NCBI GenBank assembly: GCA_965277285.1
Contig: OZ255721.1
Location: 2,464,001 to 2,528,000 of the forward strand
Reading direction: 5' to 3'
From: Abditibacteriaceae bacterium
Lineage (GTDB): Bacteria; Armatimonadota; Abditibacteriia; Abditibacteriales; Abditibacteriaceae
Length of the DNA: 64,000 nt
Shown: in pieces, positions 20,029 through 30,221 of the stretch
Position numbering within the stretch: the stretch's first letter is position 1
Layout: each line of letters opens with the position of its first letter
Notes under the pieces: model-generated
Seen by the model: the letters and a program-made list of their open reading frames with translations, nothing else
The model's database searches: none
What the model was told of the DNA's origin: nothing
Position numbers and translations under genes: made by a program

Positions 20029-21381
20029 TTACGACAAGTGTTTGGTGATCAACGGCAAAATATCGCGCGCCGTGATAAAAAGCATAAACGCCAGCAACAT
20101 CACCATGCCGACGGTGTGCGCGATGCCTTCTTTGCGCGCGTCAATTGGCTTGCGCGCGATCAGTTCGTAGCCCAGAAACAAAATGCGACCACCATCCAAC
20201 GCGGGAAAGGGCAGCAAGTTCATCAAGCCCAGGTTGACGCTGAGCATGGCGGAAAACAACAGCGAAGCGACAAAACCCTTTTGTGCGATGTCTCCTGTCG
20301 CCTGCGCGATTTTGACCGGCCCGCCGATTCCTTTGACTTCTTCTTTGGAAAGTTGCCGCGTCAGGGCGCGCTTCAATGTGTCCAAAATTTGCAGCGAAAT
20401 GCCAACCGACTGATAAAACCCCGATTTCGCCGCCGTCACGACATCGGTTTTTTCATACGTGATGCTGACCGGATCTTGATCGAATTGCAAACCTAAAAAC
20501 GGCACTTTCTGACCGTCGCCGTCCACGTCCTGCAAAACCGGCGTGATAGTTTTTTGTAACGTCACGCCTTGGCGATCAAGCCACAAAACAATAGGAGCGC
20601 CTTTTTTATCGCGCACCGCTTTAGAAATGTCTTGCGGATTGTGGCTGCGCAGCTTATCCACGCCGATAATTTTATCACCCGCGCGCACATCGGCTTTGGC
20701 TGCCGGTGTATCAGAAGAAACCGATTCCACCGCGCCCGACAAAATCGGATTGGGCAAGCCGATAAACGCATAAACGCCGATAAAAACAACCAGCGCGTAT
20801 AGGAAGTTCATCATCGGCCCGGCGAACAGCGTCATAAAACGCCAGCCCAAACTCGAGTCCTGAAATAATTTCTCGCCATGCGGCGCGTTTGGATTTCTTG
20901 GTTGCTGACTCAAATAATTGTCGGCGCGTGCTTCGGTACTTGATTCTTTATTAACACCTTCAATCGTCGTTGCTGCTGTTGCGATTCCGTTTGATGCAAC
21001 GGCGTTTTTCGTCGTCGCCACCATTTCTTCTTCGCTGCCCAAACCCGCAATATCGACCATGCCGCCAATCGGCAACGCGCCAATCGAATAATCGATGCCT
21101 TTGACGCGCTTAGTGTAAATGAACGGTGGAAAACCAATCGCAAAACGATTGACCTTCATGCCTGCCCAGCGCGCAAATTGAAAATGTCCCCATTCGTGAA
21201 CGAAAACCAGCACGCTGAGCGTAATCACAAAAACGCCACCCGCGTAAACGAGTGCAGGCTTAAAGTGATATAAAACCGCCAGGCCAAGCAGCAACGCGGC
21301 CAGACGCGCGAGTTGAACCGGCCAACTTACAGGCGAAGAGGACGCAGAATCATCGACGGAATCGTTGGAAAATTGTGTCAT
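20029..21381 (-). CDS. rseP: RIP metalloprotease RseP (M50, PDZ)
   Basis: HEWGH, AGPMMN, PDZ domain and NLLPFPALDGG. Confidence 0.95.
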   Translation of the reverse strand: MTQFSNDSVDDSASSSPVSWPVQLARLAALLLGLAVLYHFKPALVYAGGVFVITLSVLVFVHEWGHFQFARWAGMKVNRFAIGFPPFIYTKRVKGIDYSIGALPIGGMVDIAGLGSEEEMVATTKNAVASNGIATAATTIEGVNKESSTEARADNYLSQQPRNPNAPHGEKLFQDSSLGWRFMTLFAGPMMNFLYALVVFIGVYAFIGLPNPILSGAVESVSSDTPAAKADVRAGDKIIGVDKLRSHNPQDISKAVRDKKGAPIVLWLDRQGVTLQKTITPVLQDVDGDGQKVPFLGLQFDQDPVSITYEKTDVVTAAKSGFYQSVGISLQILDTLKRALTRQLSKEEVKGIGGPVKIAQATGDIAQKGFVASLLFSAMLSVNLGLMNLLPFPALDGGRILFLGYELIARKPIDARKEGIAHTVGMVMLLAFMLFITARDILPLITKHLS

Positions 21382-21404
21382 ATCGAGTACTCGAAACGTT
21401 CAAA

Positions 21405-22592
21405 TTACGTCAAAAACTCGTGCGCCAAGCGGCGCGCTTCGGCATCGGCTGCGTAAATATCGTCCAGCGCGGGACGTTCCACGCGCGGGCATCGTTCCAG
21501 AACGTGCGCGATGCAATCGCTGATTCCATAAAAGTTCGTTCTTTCATCCAAGAACGCCTGTACCGCGACTTCGTTCGCTGCGTTCATCATGCACGGCGCA
21601 ATGCCACTAATTCCCATCGCGCGACGCGCCAAACCCAGACACGGAAAGCGTTCGTGATCGACAGGTTCAAAGGTCAGGCGACTTAATTGTTGCACATCCA
21701 AGTGCGGCGGCGCACCCACAACACGTTCGCCACGCAGCAACGCCCATTGAATCGGCAGCATCATATCGGGCACGCCCATTTGGGCTTTCACGCTGCCATC
21801 ACGGAACGAAACCAGCGAATGCACGATGCTTTGGCGATGCACGATCACATCGATTTTGTCCATCGGCACGCCGAAAAGCCAGTGCGCTTCAATCGCTTCC
21901 AAACCTTTGTTCATCAAAGTTGCCGAATCGATGGTGATTTTGCGCCCCATATTCCACGTCGGATGTTTCAAGGCTTGCTGCGGCTTGACGTGTTGCAATT
22001 GTTCGCGCGGCGTATCGACAAACGGGCCGCCACTCGCCGTAATCGTCAGGCGCGCCACGTTTTCGGTTTTTTCACCAACTAAACATTGCGCCAGCGCTGA
22101 ATGTTCGCTATCGACAGGCCACAATTCGACGCCTTTTTCGCGCGCCAAACGCGTCACGATTTCGCCCGCCGCAACCAGCGTTTCCTTGTTCGCAATGGCG
22201 ATGGTTTTTCCAGCTTCAATGGCGGCAATTGTTGGTTTCAGTCCGGCGGCGCCGCCAATTGCGCCAACTACAGCGTCGGCGTTGTGCCACGTTGCGACTT
22301 CTTCAATGCTGCCAACTTTCAAGTTAGGAATCGAGTACTCGATAAGACGTTGCACGGCTTCTTTGTCGCTCATCGCCACGATTTCGGGTTGCCATTCACG
22401 GATTTGTTGCGCAAAAAGTTCGAGGTTGGAACCAGCGGCCAAACCGACGACGCGTAAACGTTCGGGCAAGGCACGCACGACTTCGAGCGCCTGGCGACCA
22501 ATCGAGCCAGTGCTACCCAAAATTACCACGTTTTGCGGTCGGTTATTTTGCGGTTGCGAATTGGATGATGCAGCATTTGGCGGCGCGTTCAT
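21405..22592 (-). CDS. dxr: 1-deoxy-D-xylulose 5-phosphate reductoisomerase
   Basis: LGSTGSIG, ANKE, PVDSEH, HPTWNMG and NKGLE motifs. Confidence 0.97.
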   Translation of the reverse strand: MNAPPNAASSNSQPQNNRPQNVVILGSTGSIGRQALEVVRALPERLRVVGLAAGSNLELFAQQIREWQPEIVAMSDKEAVQRLIEYSIPNLKVGSIEEVATWHNADAVVGAIGGAAGLKPTIAAIEAGKTIAIANKETLVAAGEIVTRLAREKGVELWPVDSEHSALAQCLVGEKTENVARLTITASGGPFVDTPREQLQHVKPQQALKHPTWNMGRKITIDSATLMNKGLEAIEAHWLFGVPMDKIDVIVHRQSIVHSLVSFRDGSVKAQMGVPDMMLPIQWALLRGERVVGAPPHLDVQQLSRLTFEPVDHERFPCLGLARRAMGISGIAPCMMNAANEVAVQAFLDERTNFYGISDCIAHVLERCPRVERPALDDIYAADAEARRLAHEFLT

Positions 22593-22641
22593 AGCGAAGG
22601 TGGCGCGTTCAAAGCGCGTTTGCGAATAGTGCGCAATTCAA

Positions 22642-23436
22642 TTATTGAGGCGCCACAGTGGAATTGGCAGGCGAAGTTGAGGCTTGTGCGGGTGTTGACG
22701 GCCAGGCAGCGTTGTGGCGCGTTTGCGCCAAAAATATAAACGCCAGAGCGCCGATCACTAAAATCGGCACAAAACGTTCGAGCAGCGTTCCGCGTTCGGG
22801 AACCAGAGTCCAGCCGCCAGCGTGAACCGCCGCCGTACGCGCCGCTTCGTCCGCGTTTTGTGCTGCACTTCGAGTACTCGAAACGTCATTCAACGCTGCG
22901 TTTTGTGGTGCCTTTTTCGACAATTCGCGCATCTTGGCGAGCGCGAAACCGATCGCCAGCAGCGCCAAACGCAAAGGCCAGGACAAGCCGGACGTGAGAA
23001 CCAGAATCAACATTCCCGCCGCCGATCCCAGCACAAGGGCGCCCACGAAAGTGGCGATCCAGCCAAAGATTGGCGACAGGCCTTTGCCGTGCAAAGTGGC
23101 GGCAATCGCTGCGACAATCGCAATCAGCATCATCAGTGATGTCATCATAAAGCCGAGCGACAGCACAACTAAAATAACATCGGCGTCGTTGCGTCCCCAA
23201 TAATATAAAAACCCCGCCGCCGAGAGCGCAACCGCCGTCGCCAAAGATTCCTGCGTCCAGATTTGGCGCCGCGTCAAGGTGCGCGACAATTCCTGCGCCG
23301 TCAGATAAGTTGCCAGTCCAACCGCCAGAACCGTCGCTACGCCGTGCAACTGCGCGCCAAAAAGCACATCCAGCGCGAGCGCAATCGCCAGCACGCCAAA
23401 TAATAAAACGTCGAAAAGAGAATTAGGGACAACCAT
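22642..23436 (-). CDS. Membrane protein in the cdsA slot, degenerate CdsA-like
   Basis: About 7-8 TM helices between uppS and dxr. Remnant motifs GLSPIFGW and GWTLVPERGTLLERF. Confidence 0.6.
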   Translation of the reverse strand: MVVPNSLFDVLLFGVLAIALALDVLFGAQLHGVATVLAVGLATYLTAQELSRTLTRRQIWTQESLATAVALSAAGFLYYWGRNDADVILVVLSLGFMMTSLMMLIAIVAAIAATLHGKGLSPIFGWIATFVGALVLGSAAGMLILVLTSGLSWPLRLALLAIGFALAKMRELSKKAPQNAALNDVSSTRSAAQNADEAARTAAVHAGGWTLVPERGTLLERFVPILVIGALAFIFLAQTRHNAAWPSTPAQASTSPANSTVAPQ

Positions 23437-23513
23437 GAGAAGAAGAGGATAACAAAATCGCGCGCCGCCGTTATAGATTGCAAGTGGAATCGAGTACTCG
23501 AACGCAGCAAAAA

Positions 23514-24320
23514 CTATTTTCCCGAACCAAAACGTCGCTCGCGGGTTTGGAATTCGGCGATGGCGCCATGCAAATTGGTGGTTGAAAAATCCGGCCACAA
23601 CGTTGGCGTGACCCACAATTCGGCATACGCGATTTGCCACGGCAAAAAGTTGGAAACGCGCAAATCGCCGCCGGTGCGAATCATCAAATCCGGTTCGGGC
23701 AAGCCTTGCGTGTACAAAGTCGCTTCGATCAAGGTTTCGTCAATTGCCTCTGGCTGCAAAGTCCCGTTTTGCACTTGCTTGGCCAGCAGGCGAAAAGCGT
23801 CCGTTAGTTCGGCGCGACCGCCGTAATTGATCGCCAGGCACAACGTCATGCCGGTGTTGTGACGAGTTTCGCCGACGCTCTCGTCAATTTGATTCAGCAA
23901 ATGTTCCGGCAAACCTTCGCGCCGCCCGATGTGGCGCACGCGAATGTTGTTGCGCTGCAAAACCGGCAGTTCATCTTTCAAGTTGCGCGCGATAAGGCGC
24001 ATCAAGGCCGCGATTTCGCCGCGACCGCGCTTCCAGTTTTCCGTTGAAAAGGTGTAAAGTGTGAGCGCTTCGATGTCCAAATCGGCGCAATCTTGAATGA
24101 TGTCGCGCGTGGTTTGCGCGCCGATAGTGTGGCCGCGAATCGCGTTCCAGCCCTGCGTTTTGGCCCAACGCCGGTTGCCGTCCATAATGATGGCGATGTG
24201 GCGCGGCATTTTATGCGGGTCAAGCCCCAGACGACGCACCAATTCCGAGACATCTTTTCGAGTACTCGAAAGGTCGGAACGCGAAGGGCGCGACATCGGG
24301 CTGAGAAGGGAATCTGTCAT
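23514..24320 (-). CDS. uppS: Undecaprenyl diphosphate synthase
   Basis: HIAIIMDGNRRWA, FSTENWKR, NYGGR and IRTGGDLRVSNF motifs. Confidence 0.97.
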   Translation of the reverse strand: MTDSLLSPMSRPSRSDLSSTRKDVSELVRRLGLDPHKMPRHIAIIMDGNRRWAKTQGWNAIRGHTIGAQTTRDIIQDCADLDIEALTLYTFSTENWKRGRGEIAALMRLIARNLKDELPVLQRNNIRVRHIGRREGLPEHLLNQIDESVGETRHNTGMTLCLAINYGGRAELTDAFRLLAKQVQNGTLQPEAIDETLIEATLYTQGLPEPDLMIRTGGDLRVSNFLPWQIAYAELWVTPTLWPDFSTTNLHGAIAEFQTRERRFGSGK

Positions 24321-24649
24321 ACAACGCTTGAGGGTTCTGTCGATGGTTTTTCTGCCGATGGCAATAATGCGGACGCAAACGAACTCGAAAACGCTTCTTC
24401 GCGCGCGATTGTCACTTCAAAAGCCGCTTCGCCATTATCTTCGATTTCGCGGCAACGCAGCACGCGCAATTCGCCCCAGCGTTGTTCTTTTCGTGGTTCG
24501 CGTGGAATCGCCGCTACGTTTTTCTTTTTTTGTGGCGCGTTCTGGCGCAACGGACGTTGCGGCGGCGCACTTTCCACGATGCAAAGTGTTTCGCGTGCGA
24601 CGGTGCGTACATCATCCAGAAGACAACCAATGAAAAGCTGGGGATTCAT
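24317..24649 (-). CDS. Hypothetical protein
   Basis: 110-aa ORF whose stop overlaps the uppS start (ATGA). No recognisable motif. Confidence 0.5.
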   Translation of the reverse strand: MNPQLFIGCLLDDVRTVARETLCIVESAPPQRPLRQNAPQKKKNVAAIPREPRKEQRWGELRVLRCREIEDNGEAAFEVTIAREEAFSSSFASALLPSAEKPSTEPSSVV

Positions 24650-24670
24650 CGTTTCGAGTACTCGACGGCA

Positions 24671-24772
24671 ACCGTGCAAGCTGCATAGAACCGCGCGTCA
24701 GCAAGTGGTCTTGTGTGAAGTTGCGACGAAGACCGCTTGCTGACGCGCGCGGTTCTATGCAGCTTGCACGGT
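24671..24772. repeat. Long REP-like inverted repeat (family A relative)
   Basis: accgtgcaagctgcatagaaccgcgcgtcagcaagtggtctt pairs with its near-perfect complement. Confidence 0.85.
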
Positions 24773-24792
24773 ATCGGCCTTATAACGGGTTC

Positions 24793-25350
24793 TTACACTT
24801 CTAAAATATCGGCTTCTTTGGCGGCGCGAATCTTATCGACTTCAACGATAACTTTATCGGTAATCTTCTGCACATCGCCTTCATAACGCTGCAAATCGTC
24901 TTTGGTCAGGTCGCCATCTTTTTCCATTTTCTTCAGCGCGTCATTGGCGTCGCGGCGCACGTTGCGCACCGCGACTTTGTGCGCTTCCGCTTTCTTTCCG
25001 GCGGTTTTCACCATTTCGCGGCGGCGCTCTTCGTTCAAAGCAGGAACCGAAACGCGCACTTGACCGCCGTCGGTTGTCGCCTGCAAACCCAGATCGCTTT
25101 TTGAGATCGCATTGGCAATTGGCCCGGCGGAATTTTTGTCCCACGGCGCAATCAAGAGTTGGCGCGCGTCGGGAATGGAAACCGTGCCCAACTGATTGAT
25201 TGGCGTTGGCGCGCCATAATAATCGACCAAAATTTTATCCAGCAAAGCGGGCGTGGCGCGTCCCGTGCGCAGCGTCGCCAATTCTTTGTTGAGGTCTTGC
25301 AACGACGCTTTCATCTTGCGTTCCATTTCCGAAATGACTTGTAGAGGCAT
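24793..25350 (-). CDS. frr: Ribosome recycling factor
   Basis: LRTGRATP, DYYG, EERRREMVK and VRNVRRDAN motifs. Confidence 0.97.
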   Translation of the reverse strand: MPLQVISEMERKMKASLQDLNKELATLRTGRATPALLDKILVDYYGAPTPINQLGTVSIPDARQLLIAPWDKNSAGPIANAISKSDLGLQATTDGGQVRVSVPALNEERRREMVKTAGKKAEAHKVAVRNVRRDANDALKKMEKDGDLTKDDLQRYEGDVQKITDKVIVEVDKIRAAKEADILEV

Positions 25351-25546
25351 AAGGTGACGACCTTTTCTGAAGTGGTGAAATTCGCGGAGCGGTGTTTCAT
25401 CTTAGCACAGCCCAAAGAGGACGGCAAACGCATCTTGATTCACCTTACCTCCAAACGCTACAATACAAGGCCATTCCATTTGCATCCTTATAACGCTGTC
25501 GTTGCGGGCGTTTGTCGCATTAAAAACCAGGGCGAGGAGAGTTTTG

Positions 25547-26956
25547 ATGACGCGAGTTGCAGTGGCGACTGGCCAGAAGAGGGCGAGTTCGAGTACTCGA
25601 TTGAGTGCGCGCAGTTGGTGGATGTTGTCGTTTGTAACGTCCGTTTTATTGATGGCGTTGAGCATCGCGCCCGCACTCGCCCAAGACGCGACGAAAACAA
25701 CCGCCTGGAAGCCCGATTCGGGCGATACGGCGTGGATGCTGGCTTCTTCGGCGCTGGTGTTGTTGATGACGCCGGGATTGGCATTTTTCTATGGTGGCCT
25801 GGTGCGCGCTAAAAATATGCTGAACACGCTGCTGATGTCGTTTGGCGCGATGGCGGTTCTGGGCGTTTTATGGGCGCTGGTCGGTTACTCGATTGCTTTT
25901 GGAAATAACGGCAGCGCGTTGTGGGGCGGCCTGGGTTTTCTGGGTTTGCACAACGTCGAAGCGACTTCGGCTTATCCGAACACGCTGGCGCCGACGATTC
26001 CACATTTGGCGTTCATGATTTTTCAGATGATGTTTTTCATCATCACGCCAGCGCTTATTTCCGGTTCTCTCGTTGAAAGAATGAAGTTTTCGACGTTTCT
26101 GGTTTTCATCGCGGCGTGGGGACTTCTGGTTTATTGTCCGGTCGCGCACTGGGTTTGGCAGCCGGATGGTTGGGCGTCCAAGGCAGGTGCGCTCGATTTC
26201 GCGGGTGGCGCAGTGGTTCACGTCAATGCGGGGTTTGCGGCGCTGGCGGCGTGTTTGGCTTTGAAACCGCGTCGCGGCTACAACGAAATGCTGATGCGCC
26301 CGCATAACCTGCCGTTTTGCTTGCTGGGCGTCGGATTGTTGTGGTTCGGCTGGTATGGATTCAACGCGGGTTCGGCGCTGGGTTCGGGAAGTCTGGCGAC
26401 GCTGGCGTTTGTCAACACGACGTTGGGCGCTTCCGCTGCGATGTTGACGTGGATGATTATCGACCAGATCACGCGCAAGGAGATGACGGCTTTAGGCGCG
26501 GGAACGGGCGCGGTCGCAGGATTAGTCGGCATCACTCCAGCGTGCGGCTTTGTGACGCCGGGCGGCGCGATGATGGTCGGCGCGATTACGTCGTGCGTTT
26601 GTTATTACAGCGCGACACGACGCGCCAAAGGGCCAGTCGATGACTCGCTCGATTCGTTCGCGGTGCATGGCGTCGGCGGCTTTACGGGCGCGATTTTGAC
26701 CGGCGTTTTCGCTACGACAGCGATTAAAGGCGCGAACTCGGCAGTTTTGCCCGGCCTGTTTGAAGCTGGATTTGGGCAAGTGTGGACGCAATTGAAAGTA
26801 ACCGGCGCGGTGGCAGTTTATAGTTTCGTGATGAGTTTTCTCATTTGCAAAGTGCTGCAAGCCGTAATGGGCTTGCGCGTCGACGAAGAAACCGAAGAGC
26901 GCGGCCTGGACGTTTCGATTCACGGCGAAGAAGCGTACGTGGAATCGGCTGGCTAA
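25547..26956 (+). CDS. amt: Ammonium transporter
   Basis: LLMTPGLAFFYGG, DFAGGAVVH, WFGWYGFNAGS and DDSLDSFAVHG motifs. Confidence 0.96.
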   Translation: MTRVAVATGQKRASSSTRLSARSWWMLSFVTSVLLMALSIAPALAQDATKTTAWKPDSGDTAWMLASSALVLLMTPGLAFFYGGLVRAKNMLNTLLMSFGAMAVLGVLWALVGYSIAFGNNGSALWGGLGFLGLHNVEATSAYPNTLAPTIPHLAFMIFQMMFFIITPALISGSLVERMKFSTFLVFIAAWGLLVYCPVAHWVWQPDGWASKAGALDFAGGAVVHVNAGFAALAACLALKPRRGYNEMLMRPHNLPFCLLGVGLLWFGWYGFNAGSALGSGSLATLAFVNTTLGASAAMLTWMIIDQITRKEMTALGAGTGAVAGLVGITPACGFVTPGGAMMVGAITSCVCYYSATRRAKGPVDDSLDSFAVHGVGGFTGAILTGVFATTAIKGANSAVLPGLFEAGFGQVWTQLKVTGAVAVYSFVMSFLICKVLQAVMGLRVDEETEERGLDVSIHGEEAYVESAG

Positions 26957-26974
26957 TTTGTGTTTATAAAAGAG

Positions 26975-27011
26975 AAAGGGCGCGCTATCGAGTACTCGAT
27001 GCGTGCCCTTT
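26975..27011. terminator. Bidirectional terminator hairpin capped by the iterated palindrome
   Basis: aaagggcgcgc-t-atcgagtactcgat-gcgtgcccttt between convergent genes. Confidence 0.75.
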
Positions 27012-27016
27012 GTGAC

Positions 27017-27523
27017 TCAACGTGTGGCAAGAGGAACTTGATGTTCCTGCAAAACATGGTCGAACGTATCGCGCGGTGCGGAAGTGATATACAAGTTACC
27101 GGTTGTGACATTGCCGGAAACTTGCAACGTGTTGCATGTAAAACAAATCACCAAGTCCATCGTTTGCAGTCCTTTCGTCGCACGAATGCCATGATGCGGA
27201 TCGAAACACGCCATTTGGCGATCATTGTCCGCACCTTTATACAACGCATCTAACAACTGCTGCCGCGTTTTCTTATCGTCAATTGAAGTCTGGCCGATGA
27301 TTGGAAAGTTGTGAAAGCGAGGATTGTTTTGCAACGCCTTGCTCACGCTTTGTGCCTCAGGGTTTTCATAAGGTTGCAGAGAATAAAGCGTAAAGTGTTC
27401 GCTGGTTTCCAGAAAACTTTTTTGCTGCGCATTCGCCTCGAACCGAACGAAGTATGAAAAGGCAACAGAGGCCAATATCAATATTATAAGCGTAAGGCCA
27501 GAAAACAGCACGATTTTCTTCAT
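27017..27523 (-). CDS. Hypothetical exported protein
   Basis: N-terminal hydrophobic helix, CFDPHHGIR and ICFTCN Cys/His motifs. Confidence 0.75.
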   Translation of the reverse strand: MKKIVLFSGLTLIILILASVAFSYFVRFEANAQQKSFLETSEHFTLYSLQPYENPEAQSVSKALQNNPRFHNFPIIGQTSIDDKKTRQQLLDALYKGADNDRQMACFDPHHGIRATKGLQTMDLVICFTCNTLQVSGNVTTGNLYITSAPRDTFDHVLQEHQVPLATR

Positions 27524-27684
27524 GGCTTTATTTTACTGCCGCTTTGCAACCTTGCGCGCTACTTTATCGTCTGGCGCGCGTTTGCAACGATTCCAGTACT
27601 CGAATTGCCTCAGCTTTCACGTCATACTTCCTTCACTTTGTCGAACTTGCGCCGAACTTGCGCCGAACTTTGCAGGAGTTTTAG

Positions 27685-29148
27685 ATGAACCTTCTTCGTC
27701 AGTCACCATTATCAAGTACCAAATGGAAAACTTTCGCCGGTGTCGCGGCGCTTTTTGTCGCGTTTGGCGCGGGTTACAGCGTGCGCGCGCAAGGCGAATC
27801 GGATTGGATTCCGCCGCAGCCTTCGCCCGTTTTCGCGCTGATTCACACGGACGAAGGCAATCGTCTGGCGCAAAATTTTCCCGTCAAAAACGGCGAGCGT
27901 TTGGCGGATCGTTCCGATTCGAGTGTGACATCGAGTACTCGAACTTCGACGCGAACCAACATCAAGCCGTATCAAACGCTGGATGAAGTGCGGCGCGCCA
28001 TTCACGACAACTTTGTGCATCCCGATGTGAGCGACGAAGAATTGACATTTGGCGCGATTCGCGGCATGTTGAGTTCGCTGGGCGACCGTTTCACGCGTTT
28101 TATGACGCCCGACGAATACACCGATTTCAAAGAAAAGAACGAAGGCGACTTCATCGGCATCGGCGCGCGCATCGACCTCAAAGACAACTACATCGGCAGC
28201 CCGCAAGCGCGTCCTCTCAACGCCAGCCGCCCTTACATCGTCGAAGCGATGGACGGCAGTCCGGCACAGCGCGGCGGCATTCAAGCGGGCGACGTAATTT
28301 TGGAAATCGACGGCCACAGCACCGCCAACCAGAGCGCCGATGCGGTTGTCACCAACATCAAAGGCGTGCGCGGAACCGTTGTCAACCTGAAAATCGAGCG
28401 CAAACTCAAAACCGCCGAAATGAACCGCGACAGCGTTTATAAAGTGTTCGACCTGGCGCTCAAGCGCGACATGATCGTCGATCATCCCGTCAAATTGGAA
28501 TGGCTGGCCAACAACGTTGCGTGGCTGCGACTTTCCGAGTTCAACGAACGCAGCGACGACGAAATGAGCGCAGCTTTGGCGCAAGTTCAACGCGGGCCGA
28601 ATGGAATGCCAGCGCGCGGCCTGATTTTCGATATGCGCGATAATCCTGGCGGCCTGTTGAACAGCGCGGTTTCCATCGGTTCGCGCTTCATTCCCGAAGG
28701 CCCAATTGTCAGCACGCGCGAGCGCACCGGCCAGATCATTCCGATGAACGCGCAACACAAACTGTTTCTGGGCTTGAAAATCCCGATTGTGGTGATGGTG
28801 AACAATTACAGCGCGAGCGCGGCTGAAATCGTGACTGGCGCCTTGAAAGATCGCCACGCGGCGACGGTGGTCGGCGAGCAAAGTTATGGCAAAGCCAGCG
28901 TGCAGGTTTTGGTCGAAATGAAAAACGGCGGCGCTCTGGTGATTACGACCGCCAAGTATCTGACGCCGCTGGGACACGACATCAGTGACAAAGGCATCAC
29001 GCCGGATGTTATGGTGAAAGCGAACGCAGCCGACTTGAACACCGGACGCGGCGCTCAATTGGCGCGCGCCATCGCTATCATCCATCAGAAAACCGACGGT
29101 CAGGGAACCATCACCGCTGCTGCGCCGCCGCTCAGCGTTCATTCGTAA
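27685..29148 (+). CDS. S41-family C-terminal processing protease (CtpA-like)
   Basis: PDZ domain, DMRDNPGGLL, SASAAE, GKASVQ and GITPD motifs. Confidence 0.95.
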   Translation: MNLLRQSPLSSTKWKTFAGVAALFVAFGAGYSVRAQGESDWIPPQPSPVFALIHTDEGNRLAQNFPVKNGERLADRSDSSVTSSTRTSTRTNIKPYQTLDEVRRAIHDNFVHPDVSDEELTFGAIRGMLSSLGDRFTRFMTPDEYTDFKEKNEGDFIGIGARIDLKDNYIGSPQARPLNASRPYIVEAMDGSPAQRGGIQAGDVILEIDGHSTANQSADAVVTNIKGVRGTVVNLKIERKLKTAEMNRDSVYKVFDLALKRDMIVDHPVKLEWLANNVAWLRLSEFNERSDDEMSAALAQVQRGPNGMPARGLIFDMRDNPGGLLNSAVSIGSRFIPEGPIVSTRERTGQIIPMNAQHKLFLGLKIPIVVMVNNYSASAAEIVTGALKDRHAATVVGEQSYGKASVQVLVEMKNGGALVITTAKYLTPLGHDISDKGITPDVMVKANAADLNTGRGAQLARAIAIIHQKTDGQGTITAAAPPLSVHS

Positions 29149-29249
29149 ATGAGGTCGTTTTCAGGCATTTTGAACTCAATTCGAGTACTCGATGCCTGAG
29201 AAAGTCGTTCTACACAACGGCTGCAGAGGATTTTTGCAGAAGGTTCTTA

Positions 29250-30056
29250 ATGTTTGCCAGGTGGAAACGACTTTTTTTGCTTTTTCTTTTCTTTGGTGCC
29301 GCTCTGGGCAGATGGCAGATGTGGCATTTTTTGGCGCAACGCTTTTTTTGTCGCGCGTTCAAGGTGCGTCGACCTTATCGTTTGAGCACCAAAGCCGCGC
29401 GTTATCCTTTGTGGTGCCGCCCGCAAAGCAGCGATCTCGATGTCTTCAAGCAAATTTTTGTGCTGCACGAATACGCGCTGGTCACTGGTTTATTGAAAGG
29501 TTCGTCCGTTGGTTTGGTGCTCGATTGCGGCGCCAATGCCGGCTATTCGGCGGCTTACTTTCTAACGCAATTTCCACGTTGCGAACTGATCGCTGTAGAA
29601 CCAGACGCCGCGAACTTTCGCTTGCTGCAACGCAATCTGGCGCCTTATGGAAAGCGGGCGCGCGCCATGCACAGCGCAATTTGGTCGCACTCAGTCGGAT
29701 TAAAAATCACTGACAATCTTTTCCGTGATGGGCGCGAATGGGCGCGTACCGTGCGCGAATGTCGCGGTGATGAAACGCCTGATTTCGTGGCCACCGACAT
29801 CGCCACCTTGCTCCACGATTCTGGGCACGAACGAATTTCCCTGCTCAAAATGGACATCGAAGGCGCCGAAACAATTGTCTTTAACTCGAACTACGAAGAT
29901 TGGCTGTCTCGCGTGGACAACATCGCCATCGAACTGCACGACGATTCGCCGTTTGGCCCCGCCACCGAAGTGTTTTATCGCGCCTGCGCCGGACATTTCA
30001 GCTTTGAAACATTCGATGAAGTGCTCATCGGACGCCGCATCCAGAATCCCGCTTAA
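29250..30056 (+). CDS. FkbM-family methyltransferase
   Basis: VLDCGANAG, AVEPD and LLKMDIEGAE motifs. Confidence 0.9.
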   Translation: MFARWKRLFLLFLFFGAALGRWQMWHFLAQRFFCRAFKVRRPYRLSTKAARYPLWCRPQSSDLDVFKQIFVLHEYALVTGLLKGSSVGLVLDCGANAGYSAAYFLTQFPRCELIAVEPDAANFRLLQRNLAPYGKRARAMHSAIWSHSVGLKITDNLFRDGREWARTVRECRGDETPDFVATDIATLLHDSGHERISLLKMDIEGAETIVFNSNYEDWLSRVDNIAIELHDDSPFGPATEVFYRACAGHFSFETFDEVLIGRRIQNPA

Positions 30057-30221
30057 AACTCCTGCACCTCCAAAATTTTGTTATAAAGCAAGGTGAGTCT
30101 GAATCGTTGCCGTGCACCAGCGACTTCTTATGTTTCACAAGGCATCGAGTACTCGATTCGCGCTTTCACGCGGCGCGCGGAACTATGTTATAAAGAAGGC
30201 GTCGGTCGCGGAGTGAAACTT

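Noticed and set aside
25460..25490. Sigma54 promoter upstream of amt
   Set aside because: GG-to-GC spacing is 11 nt rather than the required 10.
27712..29142. Long antisense ORFs (also 37478-38629, 58384-59607, 50836-51762)
   Set aside because: Shadows of GC-rich genes with strong codon bias on the opposite strand.
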